64,000 nucleotides of DNA from Octopus sinensis (taxonomy: Eukaryota): assembly GCF_006345805.1 (NCBI RefSeq), contig NC_043005.1:7688001-7752000 (forward strand), in the 5' to 3' direction. Under the pieces are notes generated by a model that was not told the origin of the DNA, ran no database searches, and saw only the letters and a program-made list of their open reading frames with translations. Position numbers and translations under genes: made by a program. Positions 24,870 to 39,262 of this stretch are shown piece by piece (the first letter of the stretch is position 1; every line of letters begins with the position of its first letter).

Positions 24870-25084
24870 TCTTTTCTGCTCTAGGAACAAGGCCTGAAAT
24901 TTTTGGTGAGTGGGGCCAGTCGATTAGACCGACCCCAGTACGCAGCTGGTACTTAATTTATCGACCCCGAACGGATGAAAGATAAAGTCGACCTCGGCGG
25001 AATTTGAACTCAGGACGTAAAGACAGAAGAAATACTGCTAAGTATTTCGCCTGGCGTGCTAACGTTTCTGCCAGCTCGCCGCCT
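24870..25084 (-). mobile_element. Family-M SINE, tail B
   Basis: TSD AATACAC(C/A)GGATTATT. Confidence 0.88.
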
Positions 25085-25632
25085 TAATACACAGGATTAT
25101 TAAATAAAAGAAGCTAAGTACTACTCTTCTGCAGAATCTTGTTGGGTGAGAGCGGGCATAATAATATTATCGTTATATCTTAACTGCTAAGGTTGAGTAA
25201 CAAGGCATATATTTAGGCGAAGTAACGCAAAGGCATATAACACAGACAACAAATACATAGATACAAGAATATTTTCTCTCTCTGTTTTCCCATCATTCAT
25301 TACACACGTGCGCCCGTATGCATATACACCCACGATAATTCATATGTAAACATATTCATATATTCGCATACGCACATACATACACATTCACGCATACACG
25401 CACGCATACACGCACGCATACACACACATCCTTTATTTCATTTTAGCTTTCATCAAGTACATTTTCTAATTGAAAGAAATATCTGCCATTGGTCTGCGGC
25501 CATGGTGGGGTACATATGTCTATAAATATATAAATATATATACGCTAGACTACTCATGACCCGTTGGGTCAACTGGAAAGTCTGAGTTTCCCAGCACCGG
25601 AGTTTTGTTTCATGTTTTTTCTTCTTTTCCAG

Positions 25633-25750
25633 GTTATTTCGCATGCTTTCAACGAATGTGTCATCGAAATCACGTGTAATCGGCTCCTTTCCCCAGAAAA
25701 GAAAAAGATTTGGCTGCTATTTGTTGCACGCCCTGCTACAATTGTAACAG
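25633..25750 (+). other. Candidate spliced exon (118 nt), product unknown
   Basis: Long polypyrimidine tract ending TTTTCCAG| and donor CAG|GTATTT; one open frame VISHAFNECVIEITCNRLLSPEKKKIWLLFVARPATIVT; apparently non-repetitive context. Confidence 0.3.
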
Positions 25751-26119
25751 GTATTTCGGGTCCTTTATCGCTAATAGCTTTTGCGTGGTAGCAGGGCGTG
25801 CTAGGAATAACAACCAAATCTGGAGCTGAGATGCGTTGAATGCACTCGAAAAAATTTATGTAAAGGTATTCCCTTGGAGCGTTCTTTCGCTTTGACTCTC
25901 AGATCTATCGCTTTGACTCTCAGAACGCTCATCCGGATCAGCTGGTTTTGTTCGTTAATTTCCGTAAAATTTTTTTATTTATTTACTTTTGTTTTAAAGT
26001 GAAAGATATGTGAACATGTATTTGAAAAGGACTCGCGCGCGTGTATAACAGAGTGTCATTTACACATACATAAGAACACACTTTCACTCACTCACTCCCT
26101 CTCTCTCTCTCTCTCACAC

Positions 26120-26500
26120 ACATGCACACATACATATTCTACAGCCTTTTACCAGGTTTTCAACTTTATTGTCCATGCTTGGCCAGTATACGAAGCTTCG
26201 CATCAGCGCTTTCATTCTAGAGGTGCCTGAGTGTCTCACATGGAACCCTCTTAACATTCTCTTCTGTAATGTCTGTGGTATGACCACCGTCTGAGCGTAC
26301 ATTAGTACACCATCACATATAGAGTACACGTTCACATCTTGGCGGTTCTTTGCATCAGACCTGTCTTTATTTCCTTTTGTCGACCACAGTTTTCTTTTTG
26401 TCTCATTTATAAATTTGCCATTTTTCGCATTTCTTTTTATTTCTTCTAAAGTTACTGGCAGTTCACGCACAATGTTCGACATCACTTTTTTTTTGTTCAT
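26120..26500 (-). pseudogene. Ty3/Gypsy LTR-retrotransposon pol fragment (integrase zinc-binding region)
   Basis: VVIPQTLQKRMLRGFHVRHSGTSRMKALMRSFVYWPSMDNKVENLVKGC matches the HxGHxGxxxMK..R..V.WP.M....E..V..C motif. Confidence 0.85.
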
Positions 26501-26858
26501 CGACCTCGTTCGATCGTTTCACTGCTCCGTTTACGCTATTGCACAAAGCGCTTATGAGTGTCTCCCATAAATTAAATTTCTCCATACATTCGGTGCCAAA
26601 TAAACTCATGGATTTTTCAACACATAAACCTTCACTTGTTCGGTTCGGCCTTTGAACATTTTCTTACAAACACGTTTGTCCGCTATTTTGTTTGAACAAT
26701 CTTACGATCACGATGCTGACGCCCCTAACCACTAAGCTACGCACCTCCACTGGTAATGATAATTATTGTTAAAAAATTCAAAATTAATTTTGTCACTGAT
26801 GGTTCTTATGTTTAACGCCACTATATCATACTAAATAAGTATTAGGTAGAGCATGGGA

Positions 26859-27185
26859 GTGAGGGCGCGTGGCTTAGTGGTTAGGGCATTCGGCTCATGA
26901 TAGTAAGGTTGTGAGTTTGATTCCCGGCGACGCGTTGTGTCCTTGAGCAAGACACTTTATTTCACGTTGCTCCAGTCCACTCAGCTGGCAAAAATGAGTT
27001 GTACTTGTATTTCAAAGGGTCAGCCTTGTCACTCTCTGTGTCACGCTGATTTTCCTCCGAGAACTACGTTAAGGGTACACGTGTCTGTGGAATGCTCAGC
27101 CATTTGCACGTTAACTTCACGAGCAAGCTGTTCCGTTGATCGTATCAGCTGGGACCCTCGTCGTCGTAACCGGCGGAGTCTTTCT
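26859..27185 (+). mobile_element. SINE H2-T1
   Basis: Near-identical to 22736-23055. Confidence 0.9.
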
Positions 27186-27634
27186 TTCTAGGAAAGCATG
27201 CCTGAAAATGTATTTGTATCATGCTATTAAGCATGATACAAATCTAAATATTGTTAAATCATTTTATAGACAGCCTTGCAAACAGATAAACTGCACGGCT
27301 CACATTTTACAGGCCATGGTGAAATATTCTCGTTGAGTATTGAAAACTTAGTGAGCGCTCAACTTCCATTAATTTTCTACTGAATCTATATCAAAAGACA
27401 CCAGTACTCTTAATGCATACATTTTAATCATTTGGTAAATCAAACTACCACGGTATTGAGACAGTGTGCAATGAACTTTACTGCACCAGCGAACTAATGT
27501 TGCTGAATAAAACACTCAAAAGAATGCACGTGATCTAAACAGGCAGATCGATACTGTTAATCACTATTGTCTTCGTTAAACAAAAAAGATGTGCGTGTTT
27601 GTGTGTGGGTGTGCGTGTGTGTATGTGCGTATGT

Positions 27635-27699
<65 letters not shown>

Positions 27700-28810
27700 A
27701 GAGAATTTCAAAAGAAAGTAAAGAAAAATCTTCCAAGTGGCAAATATTTCGGTTTATCAAATTTTCTAGTACAACAAAACCTGCATCTGAATAGGAAAGA
27801 AGTCGTAATGATTTTGCAGTAGAGCATAGCATTGTATGAAAAGCAAAGCAAACACGAAACACAACAGTTTTCTTTGATGCTTAACCGCGCACTTGCTGTC
27901 ACATGTTTGTTATAGTTGATAAAAATCAATGCTTTAGATTATAGGTCTGAGGTCCTTTGAAGTATTCTTGGCACCATTATGTCGTTAGTAATAGCGTAGC
28001 TAATTAAAACCCCGACTTGATGTTACTTGCTATTCCAAAAAGGATCTTTATTGTGACAAGTAAATGACTATAAATATCTGAAAATATTAGTAACATGGCT
28101 AGTGTTTCTCTGAGATATGATACTTGAAAACATTTTACATATAATAGATTCGATTCTGTTTCATTTCAAGTTTTTATTGGTGCACTAAACGTACCATGCA
28201 TGTGTGATCATAAACAGGAAGATAACAGTTTTCAAGGCGTGCGTATATTCACTTGAGCTAAATGAAATTTGGAAGAAGACAATTTGGAAAGAGAATATTT
28301 ATAAGAAATAAAACAGAACAAAAGAAATAGCTATCAGAATTGTTTGTCATGTTATAAGTTGGTCATGTTATACAATGCTTGTGGTTGGTAGTAATCTATA
28401 GTGGTTCTAAGTACTATAACGATGGAACCCTTCACCAAACTTACTTCGTGCAAAATAAGCAGAACTGAGAAAAAAAAATAGAAAGAATTTGAAATTTGAC
28501 GAATGTTTTAGAGATTTATTGCGGCAGGCATACTTCGTCGGTAGGTGTTGCATAGCCATCTGACCCATTGCACCGTTAGCAACTCAGTCTACTCAGTTGG
28601 AAATATTCTGACCAAGTCTCCAGTCTGAGATTAACTTCATCCCTTTATGGGCGCTATTCCTTCTCATTTGACTAAGCGTATGAAAAAGTAAATGAGTACA
28701 CCTTTCTTGTATAATTACCAAATATACTGTTCCTGTTAATCTTTCTCCTTTTCCAAAACCCTTTATTAGTGAAATTGTTATGAGATGGCAATAGTTTGAG
28801 TAACAAAAAA

Positions 28811-29202
28811 TCTTTATACATAAAAGTGAAGTTGTGTGTCTGTCTCCTACGATTTAGATTCCTAACTACTCCCACATTTTGCGGTGCAGTGTAACCAAAA
28901 CCAGGTATCTTATAGTCGTGATTTATATCGAGCCCTTCTGGATATTAGCGCGCGTCTACGATGAGTCTACGATAAAAAAAAAATTATCATAATTTTTCCG
29001 TATTTTTAATGCATTTTTGGCATATATAAGGGAAGTAACTATCTAAAAATTTATTATTAAATCTCAGAACGTAAAAAGCTACAGTAACACTCCCCCCTTT
29101 GTGGTTAGCCATATTGAGATGGCTATTATACTTTACATCTCTAAAAATGCTTATATAGTTATTTCCCTTACAAACCCGAGCAACGCCGGGCGATACTGCT
29201 AG
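28811..29202 (+). mobile_element. Non-autonomous Helitron family 1 with canonical termini
   Basis: A|TCTTTATA...CCCGAGCAACGCCGGGCGATACTGCTAG|T: TC 5' end, 3' hairpin, CTAG, AT target. Confidence 0.92.
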
Positions 29203-32200
29203 TCAAAAATAAAATACAAACTCAAACCAAGAAAAAACCTTCGTATAGGAACGTTTTGACTTCATAAATTATGCTAGCTATTATTGTACAATAATATGCA
29301 CAGTAATTTTTTTCATCAAAGAATAAAAAAGACTAAATGTTCCTTTTGTTTATAAATTCCATATTTAAGTTCTTATATAGTTGTTCTGTCATATTAAAGG
29401 GTATCGACGACAGGAAAATAACTTTGCTGAATTATCTTGCCGAAAGTTAAATAATAGTTTAACTTTCGTTAATTGATGTTAAACACATTGGATTATATTT
29501 TAGAGTATATAATTCATTAAGTTCAATTATACAGGTTTTCAGTAAGATCCTATAATATAACTCGTTGGTAATCAGTCGATAAACTTCAATATCAGTAAAG
29601 GATATTTCTGAAACGGTAGTATTTGAAATAAGAAAGGAAAGGACTAGCAAGTATTTTATGAATATGATTTTCTGCAGAAATGCATTTTCATAAAAATTTG
29701 GAAAGAAATCTGTAACTTAAAATGTCTGTAATTGCTAAAATGTCATGTGGCATTCATTTAATAAAATAAACGGAATTTCTTGTCGAAAATTTGTAAAATT
29801 TCTCTTTAAATGATCTTTTGAATGGACACATTTAGTATTTGTTTTCTTAAAAATAATTTATCATCTTATGTAATTGTTGCATGAAAATCCTACAAATCTC
29901 TTATTTAGAGAAATACTTGCTATTTAATGTTACCCTCACCAGCCATAGGGGAAAGATTATTGCATATTAATAAACTGGGAAATAAAAACTACAAAATTTC
30001 GAATAGATAATATAATAGAAATATAAAAAAATAAGTATAACTTTGTTATTAAAGGAAAGCAAAACGAATAATTTATACATAATTTTTAAATCATTATATA
30101 TGAAAACCCTGTGAACCAACCACATTGGTTCTCCATAAACGATCTATCATCAATGGTTTCTTTGACGGCTTGTTTTCTCTCTTTCAAATCAGAGATCACT
30201 TGAATGTAATTATCGGTCTGAAGTAAGTTAATCATTACAGGCTTCCTGAGATTAATTTGACATTTGAACCACTCTTTCCTTTTTAACATAGCTGCTTCTG
30301 GAAATATGATAGTTTGCCTTAGAAAATAAACTTCTTGGATGTTTTCTATTCAGGATATTCTATGGTGTATCGAGAAGGACATTAGTCAACGATGAGAAAG
30401 TGCTTGGCTAGTGAACGTTTGTTAATAAGCCGAGTGATTTTTATTATTCCACGATGCACTACACTATATGTAGTTATTGAGTGCACCATCGAGATATGCG
30501 TGAATATACGATTGAGAGTTCATACTTGGCCTACAAATATAATCAATCTTCGAGAAAATACATTTCCCTTTTTATCATACAGCCTTAGTTATCAGACACA
30601 TTAACATCACATATTTTTCGTTCCCGTGTTTCCTAGACTTTTCATAATTTTGGTACAGACTGGAAGTCGTGTACACACTACCGTGGCACAACCAAAACCT
30701 ATAATGCGTTCCTGGGTTGAAAGCATTCACTAGATAAATATTACTTCAGTCAATGACAACAAGTCAAGACCTTATTTTACAAAAGGAAGAAAATATCACG
30801 GCTGTAACAAACTGATATATTACCCTACTTTTCTACAAGTGCGCCATGGCGGATTTTTGAAGTGCAGAAACATTTTAAGTGAGGAGTCTGGGGCAAGTGG
30901 TTAGATTCGCGTCTGTGTATTTCAGTCGGACATCCGTCTTCACTGGACATCTTGGTATTTCATTATTTACTTAATAATTTGTTAACTTCCATTAAGGTCG
31001 GACCATATACCAATTGATTTTAGGACTAGTGTATGCTGTGGTAGATTGATAGCATCAGTGTAATCAGTAGAGACTTTGTTCTAAGAACTATCTAAGTGAC
31101 AAGACCAAAGTTTTAAAATGGTAATACTGTAGCTTTCGAGTTTCACACACCACGAGTATCAGTAACTCTTTTGATCACATAATATTTCACTTGGCACCAG
31201 GGCTCCTTCATAGTTTTTAAGAGGTGCATTTTATTGGCCGAATTGTATAGAACCTGGAGCGCATGCTGTGTAGGGAGGTCACGAAACTTATCGAGATGTC
31301 TGTATTGAGTGAAATTTTGTTGCTCATTTCTGTCAAACTTCATCTATGCTTTCAGTATCTATCTGAGACATTGTAAAATGCAGACTTTAACCATTAATCT
31401 TCAAGTGCATCTAGATTTAGTTTTTACATATTTATGCTACGTCAATGTTATCTCTAGCATGCGCTTGAGCACAACTGTATACGATTAAACCAAATCTGGC
31501 CTGTACACCTTTCTCATGTCATTACATTCTCTACTGCAATGTATAGTACAGTATAACATAAGCAACTGCTTGGGTCGCAGATGTTTCCACTGGTATTTTG
31601 TTACTGTCTCTACAAGAAAATGTTAAAATAGTGATATGTTTGACATTATGTAAACTCTGGACAACCTTATAATCATGACCTTCTAGGCCTTGCTTGCTTA
31701 ACTTCTGGGTGCAGCCACATGATAGCAATGCCAACATTTCACAAACAGAGGAAACATTTCGTTTTCCTTACAGCATAATAAACCACCATTGAGGACTACA
31801 CTATATACTCACAGATGCAGTGGGTATTTCCGGGCAAAATTAATTTTCTCCACTGTCTGGACTACAGATCCTCATGACAGAAGAGATGGACACGAAGCAT
31901 TCACTTTTCTCCCTGTTTAAAGTGTGTTTGGTTCTCAACACAGAATTTGGAGCCATTAATACAGCATCTATTTTACTGTTTACCAGTTTGGCAGAATGGC
32001 ATTGTAGTGCTTTCAAGATGGTGTTGCAGACATGTCTGGTGCCCTTAGGTTCATTTAACATATTGGAGGAAGGGGTTGGATTGTCTGGAGTTTATTGGAA
32101 TAGTAGAATAAAAGGCATTCTTTAGATATCTAGGCGGTCTTTCAATGTAAGCGTTGTTTTATTGTTATTATAGTTTACTCTCAGTCTGTTCTGATTTACC

Positions 32201-32702
32201 AGACCTCTGCTAAAAGGCGTTCGAACCACTACCATTCCGTCTTGTTGTATAACTAACAACATATTACTGAATAAATCCTTCCTTTTGAAGGCAGAATTTA
32301 ATGGAGAGTTGGCAGCTATTTTTATTGAGTCAAGCGATCAAGTATCTAGAGTATGCGGACTGTACATTTTTGTATTCCTTGTAGATTATATATTGTTGTA
32401 TCATTGTAGCGCAAGCAGAACAGACATAATTCAAGATAGATATGGTATACTTATGTATGTTTTTAAACATTGTTTCTTTGTATTTTGTAAAAGAAAAAAG
32501 GCGCTTGTAAGAGCTTGTAGTTTGTTGATGTATAATTTGTCATATTTTTGCTGTTTCCTGTGTGTTGTCACAATTGGTAGAAGCATAGTTTTCGTTGTGA
32601 TAACTTATTCTTTGATGATACTGGTGAAAAACGAAAATAGAAGCTGGTGAACTTATGTCATGAAGCAAAAAATAGTAAACCAATCTGTTCATCCTCTCTA
32701 CT

Positions 32703-33112
32703 TTACTCTCTCTTTTACTCTTTTACTTGTTTCAGTCATTTGACTGCGGCCATGCTGGAGCACCGCTTTTAGTCGAGCAAATCGACCCCGGGACTTATTC
32801 TTTGTAAGCCCAGTACTTATTCTATCGGCCTCTTTTGCCGAACCGCTAAGTGACGGGGACGTAAACACACCAGCATCAGTTGTCAAGCAATGCTAGAGGG
32901 ACAAACACAGACACACAAACATATACACACGCACTTATATATATACATATATACGACAGGCTTCTTTCAGTTTCCGTCTACCAAATCCACTCACAAGGCA
33001 TTGGTCAGCCCGGGGCTATAGCAGAAGACACTTGCCCAAGATGCCACGCAGTGGGACTGAACCAGGAACCATGTGGTTGGTTAGCAAGCTACTTACCACA
33101 CAGCCACTCCTG
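32703..33112 (-). mobile_element. SINE family C (internal microsatellite; tail GGCGGTGCTCCAGCATGGCCGCAGTC)
   Basis: Head GGAGTGGCTGTGTGGTAAG; seven copies in the window. Confidence 0.9.
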
Positions 33113-33540
33113 TGTATATCCAATTGTATCTTATGTATATCCAATTACTCAAAGCAACAGTTCTCGTTCTCTTTAGAGAAGCTTGTTGTAAAATAAAGAA
33201 AAATCAGAGTAAAGTTTCCCGTATAAATCAGTTATCGTTTAGACATTGGTACCAAAAAGCCTGGTATACATTTCTGACAATTTGAAAGAAGACATAAAGG
33301 ATCGTAGGGAAACGATCATAATATCGACAGAAGGGAATCTGGATTCTCAAAGCCAACCAAGGTAACTGTCCAGAAGAAAGTTCTTCAAGTTCGGCTGTGA
33401 TGTGTTTAACAATTTGTACAAATCCTTGAGAAAATGAACACTGAACCCAGCCAGCAAGTTTTAATGGATTATAACGGTTTCCTATTTAGGTGCAGGGCAA
33501 TTTCAGGAAGACGTCGAGTAGTAGATTGGCATTTTATATT

Positions 33541-33848
33541 GGCGTAGGAGTGGCTGTGTGGTATGTAGCTTGCTTACGAACCACATGGTTCCGGTTTCAC
33601 TCCCACTGCGTAGCACCTTGGCCAAGTGTCTTCTACCATAACCTCGGGCCGACCAAAGCCTTGTGAGTGGATTTGGTAGATGGAAACTGAAAGAAGCCCG
33701 TCGTATATATGTATATATATGTATGTGTGCGTGTATACGTTTGCGTGTCTGTGTATATATATACATATATATATACATATATATATACAGACACGCAAAC
33801 GTATACACGCACACATACATATATATACATATATATACATATATATAC

Positions 33849-33881
<33 letters not shown>

Positions 33882-34104
33882 CGTGTATGTGTGTGTGTGT
33901 GTGTTTGTGTGTCTGTGTTTGTCCCCCCAACATTGCTTGACAACCGATGCTGGTGTATTTACGTCCCCGTAATTTAGCGGTTCGGCATAAGAGGCCGATA
34001 GAATAAGTACTAGGCTTACAAAGAATAAGTCCTGGGGGTCGATTTGTTCGACTAAAGGTGGTGCTCCAGCATGGCCACAGTCAAATGACTGAAACAAGTA
34101 AAAG
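33541..34104 (+). mobile_element. SINE family C with expanded internal microsatellite
   Basis: Same head and tail as 32703-33112. Confidence 0.9.
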
Positions 34105-37100
34105 CGTATATAAAGAGCCGAAACGAATGCTGCAAATAAATTTTTTCTGACGCGCTAATGAGTCTGCCAGCTCTTCGTTTTGTTAGTTGTATACAATAGG
34201 AATAAAAATATCGTAAATTAGAAAGAACAACACGTGGATCAAAGGATATACATTAAGCTAAAAGTGTATATTTAATATAATATTTTCCTGAAAGTTGAAT
34301 CAAGTTTCTAGAAGAAATGTACACACACATACACAAACACCTGAAAAATACATAAATTACGTATGCATATTTTAATGCACATATATTTAATTATCTGTCA
34401 CGCTTCGTCCGGTTAAACCCATTTATGTATTATTCCTCTAAAATTTGTATTTATTTTATTGAGCCCTTTGTTGAAAACTTGCACGAAAAAATATTCTCGT
34501 TATAGCGACGAAATAGTTATTCCTCTCATGTGTGTGTGAGTGTAAGTGTGTGTATTTGTTTATGTATGTGAACGTGCTTGTGTGTACATCTGTACAAATA
34601 TATATGTACGTACATGCACACACATGCACATACACATATATAATTATATATAATTATATATTTATGTACACACATATATAAACGTACATATATAGACTAT
34701 AAGTAGCATATGTAGCATTTTATGAATAATTTGCTTTCACATAGACAGGTAGACTGGTATATATGTCTCTGATTAATCTCCGCAACCTAAGGCTAACACT
34801 ATTTACAGAGTAATCTATATAAATAATGTTTGAAGTATTGATTCATTCGATTTTCCTTTCCCCTAATTACCCATATACTCAAGGAGATTTCTATCAAAAA
34901 TGAGAATTGTATGTTTGTTTATGTGGTAATTGTTTAAGAAACATTAAAATTCTAGTCGGTATCATCAAAGAGAATTTTAATTCCGGGAACTATATGATTC
35001 TAGACTGTTCTCTATTATGGGTAAGATTTAAACCACAGAAACATTAAATATACATCTTAGTAAATTTATTAGTCGATATTTTTGGCATTGGTCTGATGAC
35101 TGATTTAATTTATAATTTCATTATTCGATTGGTTATCAATTGTAACATTTTTTTATTGAAATTCGAACTGATAGTCATTGTTGTACTTCAGGATTTGGTT
35201 TCAGAAATTGTAAGTACTTGTAAAGTTTTTATTTAATTTCGCACTCCTTTGAGTCGTTTTCTTTTCTCTTATTCAATCAGTTTTGTGGTAACTTTAGTAG
35301 AATGTGTTCAGAGCATAGTGGAATTCCACTGACTATAAAAAATATTTGATTTTAAGATGCTAGAATTTTATTAGCTCTATTTAAATGATTATTCAGTGTT
35401 GAAAGTAGTAATGTAATTCTACTACGATACGTTTAAGGAAGTCGATATTTGAAGGTGGAAACGGATAAATTGAAATCAAACTTGAACTTAAATGAATACT
35501 TTAACTACAGCCAGACAACTATAAAGGAAACTGGGCATCATTCACTCGCAGTGTAGAAATATTTCTTTATAAATTCAGAGTTTCACAGTAGCACTTGTGT
35601 TCTTTGGAGAGAAGAAATGGAAAATTTTAACACAAGTATAATTTTTATGCTGTTGGTATCAGAAAAAAGCCTTTTTATGAATCGCCTAAAATATATTTTG
35701 CAGTCTCTGATCTGAATAACACGAAAACCTACTCACCCTTTATTTATTTATTTATTTATTATTTATTTATTTATTTATTATTATTTATTCGTACAACGAA
35801 CCTACAAACTTGTAAGATGACATGTTACGATATTTTGGCAATCTCTTGATTATTTTATAAAAAGAAGGAATCATTACCGGAAAGCGCAAAAAAGCTCTCG
35901 TAATATTCATATTAAATGGTAGTTAATGTGTTAATGTTCAAATGTATGAAGTGTGATAAATGAAAGCCCCGACATTCGTGAATAACAGAATTAATGAATC
36001 TAACTATCTCTACTAGGAATATCATGTGGCATAGATAGCCCCAGTGAAATGTAATTTTCTTAATGATTAAGACGGGGAAAAGCAGCTTTCATGAACATTT
36101 TCAAGGCTTCTGCGACTTGGTGGAAGGGAAGATATACCCAGACCGGAAAACTATTCCGAATGCTTGAAAAAATGTTGACAGATAAAAGCCACACAAGCCA
36201 GGTGGTAGTGTCAAACCGGATGTTGGATTACTACTACCATATGAAAACAAGAACGACGAGATTCCAGATGTGCTTCCAGTGTTTCTTTTTACCAAATCTC
36301 ATTCACGAACCTTTGGTGAACCTGAAAGTATTGTGCTCAAACTGCTACATAGTCGCATCAATCCCAAACCCAAATAGTGCAAAATGAACGTCTTAGCAAT
36401 ACAGTCATGTTTACGCAGGGAATTTAATATATATGTAGCCAAATTTAAAAGCTTTTGTAAAATTACTTGATACATTCACAATAATTACACGCCATCAACT
36501 TTTGTGGAAGACGTTTGCGTATAGTGTATATTTTGTATGTAAACTCTTTTATTGTTCAACCTTCCAAACACACGGGTTCTCGGCTAATGTGTATAGAGGA
36601 AGTTGTGTTTAGTAATGGCGTTGAACATTTCCGGCTTAGTTTCGATTTAAGAATTTTTATAGTGTTCTCCTTGTGCCTTTCATAGTTGATTAGTTTTATC
36701 TTTATGTTGTAAAAGGGAATATTTAAAAATTTCCATTTGCATAAATGTCTCGATGTTTACTACACGAAATATCTCCAAGAAACGAATCTTTTATTTGCTG
36801 TTTATGCACGTTTACACAGTTGGTTCCCGTTTCGCCAATGTAATTCTCATCATTTTGTAGGTATGTGATAATGTAGATGTGATTATTTTGCTTTCAAATT
36901 CATGTTTGCATTCACTTTCAATTTCTTCCTATTCCCGAATCTTTTCGTTGGTCCTTGTTCACTTATTTAACATGTTCCACAATGAGGAACTCTACAGTTA
37001 GTTCTAATTTCTCTTTGCAATGTGAATCTTGCCTTTGTTAAGATTTGTTTCATTTATGGCATTTATCCATTCATTAGAGAAACGCGCGGGCGGGGTGGAG

Positions 37101-37696
37101 TTTTAATCCCTGTCAACTAAATGTATTGCATCCTTAATACAGTCTGTCGTTCTCTTTTTCTGTTTTCTTCTCTCTTCCTTGCGTTCCCCAGTTATTTTTT
37201 CTTCCTGTCTTCCTGTCTGCACACACTTGACTGAATACAACTTACAATTTTATCTCTTTCCTTTTCTTTTTATTTCTCCCCTTTCTCTCCGTGTTCACCT
37301 GTCTTGCTATGTAAACAACGAACAAAAAACTATCCCTCTCAAAGTGTTTGCCTTCTAGCGACACATGCATCTATTTAGTAATTTGCAGGAATTCACAATT
37401 ACCACCCATTAATCCAACAGAACTTTTTGATTAGTGTAGAATTATTAATATCCTGATGTCTAAGCAACAAGGAAATCCTAAGAACATTAATGCAAAATAG
37501 CCTGAAAGGTATGCATGTCGAATTAATGGACTTTCCTAGGATCCATGGGTATTATATCCGTTAAGTCTGTACGAGATAAATGCCAAGAGGTCTTATGAAG
37601 CGCACGTGCACAATCGTGTGAAGATGTGAAGATCAGTCTACGTTCACTCGACCGCTACAAAGAAAGCAAAGCCTTTTGGGACACAATAGTCACAGG

Positions 37697-37727
<31 letters not shown>

Positions 37728-37773
37728 TGTATGTATGTATGTATGTATGCATGTATGTATGTATGTGTGTGTG

Positions 37774-37806
<33 letters not shown>

Positions 37807-37809
<3 letters not shown>

Positions 37810-37968
37810 AAACAAGTTAGAAACCAATGGTCATTACATATAATTCTTTTGTTAGAGCAAATTTGGCTTACAGCTGTTTCCAGTAGTCATTATGGGCAAC
37901 AGCTGTAAGCCAAATTTGGTCTAATAAAGGAATTATATGTAATAACCATTCTTTTAAACTTGTTTCTT
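37807..37968. repeat. Imperfect long palindrome adjoining (TA)n
   Basis: AAGAAACAAG...AAATTTGGCTTACAGCTGTT and AACAGCTGTAAGCCAAATTT...CTTGTTTCTT arms. Confidence 0.85.
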
Positions 37969-38159
37969 AAATATCATTCTGTAAAACCAGTTTATCTGAA
38001 GCCCATCCACGGATTTACAATATAGAATTGTGAGGAATCATGACTTGGGACCCTACTAAAAGATTACTTGGAGTTCTTCACTAATCTAAGTAATTTTGTT
38101 AGCCTGGTGTGCCAACAGAGAGTTTATAAAGTATTTTGCTCAGATTGATAATCTCTCAC

Positions 38160-38194
<35 letters not shown>

Positions 38195-38433
38195 CACACA
38201 CACCACACACACACACATTATATATATATATATATATATATATAAGTAGGTGAATGAATTATCCTATGTTTATATTCAGCATGGAAAATTCGTTTAGCCG
38301 AAACCTGGGTAGAAACCTGATGAGAAGATTGCATAATGCACCTTTATTCCTTTGGAATGAAAACATGCTGTCTTCGAAACATATGTCGAGAGTAAAGGAA
38401 TTTTGTTAACATCTTCGTTCGACTCCATTCTTC

Positions 38434-38488
<55 letters not shown>

Positions 38489-39149
38489 ATATATATATTC
38501 TTATATGTCTTGAGTTCGTTGTACTGAAGAGCATAGAATGCATATTCTGCATTAATTGCGAAATCACAGGTGATATGTAACTAAATTCTTTTTTTAAATG
38601 ACTTGCTTTGAAGTTTTGCATTCGGTACAATTTGTTTATTTTAGTAGTTTTGTCCGCAAGTGTCCCTCCTAGCGTGCGGTATCTATGAATAGTAGTACCC
38701 TCTATATAATATAAATAAATATTTTCAAAGTGGAAAAATTTACGGATTTTTTCTATTATGAGGTTTTTCACGCTAACTACTGATAATTTCTTATAAAGAT
38801 TTTATCCTCAATTTTAAATTTATATATATATATATATATTTGAATTAATTTTACACACACAAAAAGGGAAGAAAATCACACACCCACGCGTAAGATCACA
38901 AATCGTTTTCGAGTTAAGCCAACGAGATAGTTTAACTAAACAAATACTGAAATGACGTCAGTGTTACTCACAGCTGAGTCATTATTTCAACTTCCATCAA
39001 TTACCATAACTAAAATTGTCATTTTATGTTTCGAGTTCATCTTTCCATAGTCAATAAAATAAGAACCAGTAACAATTGGATTCAGTTTTTCGCTGTAAGC
39101 CTTAGAACTGAAATCTGGGTTTTGTCTCATCCCGCTAAATGACGCTATT

Positions 39150-39158
39150 AAAAGCTTT

Positions 39159-39224
<66 letters not shown>

Positions 39225-39262
39225 TTCCTTCCTTTCTTTCTTTCTTTCTTTCTTTCTTTTCT
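39150..39262. repeat. (TTTC)n microsatellite
   Basis: Direct reading. Confidence 0.97.

Noticed and set aside
36091-36387. 98-aa ORF and an alternative frame (KPDVGLLLPYENKNDEIPDVLPVFLF)
   Set aside because: No family recognised, stops in the alternative frame, and no convincing splice sites
38290-38400. GAAAC...GTA...CTGATGA and GAAACATATGTC motifs
   Set aside because: Helix I and II pairing is absent or the core is missing; too weak to call
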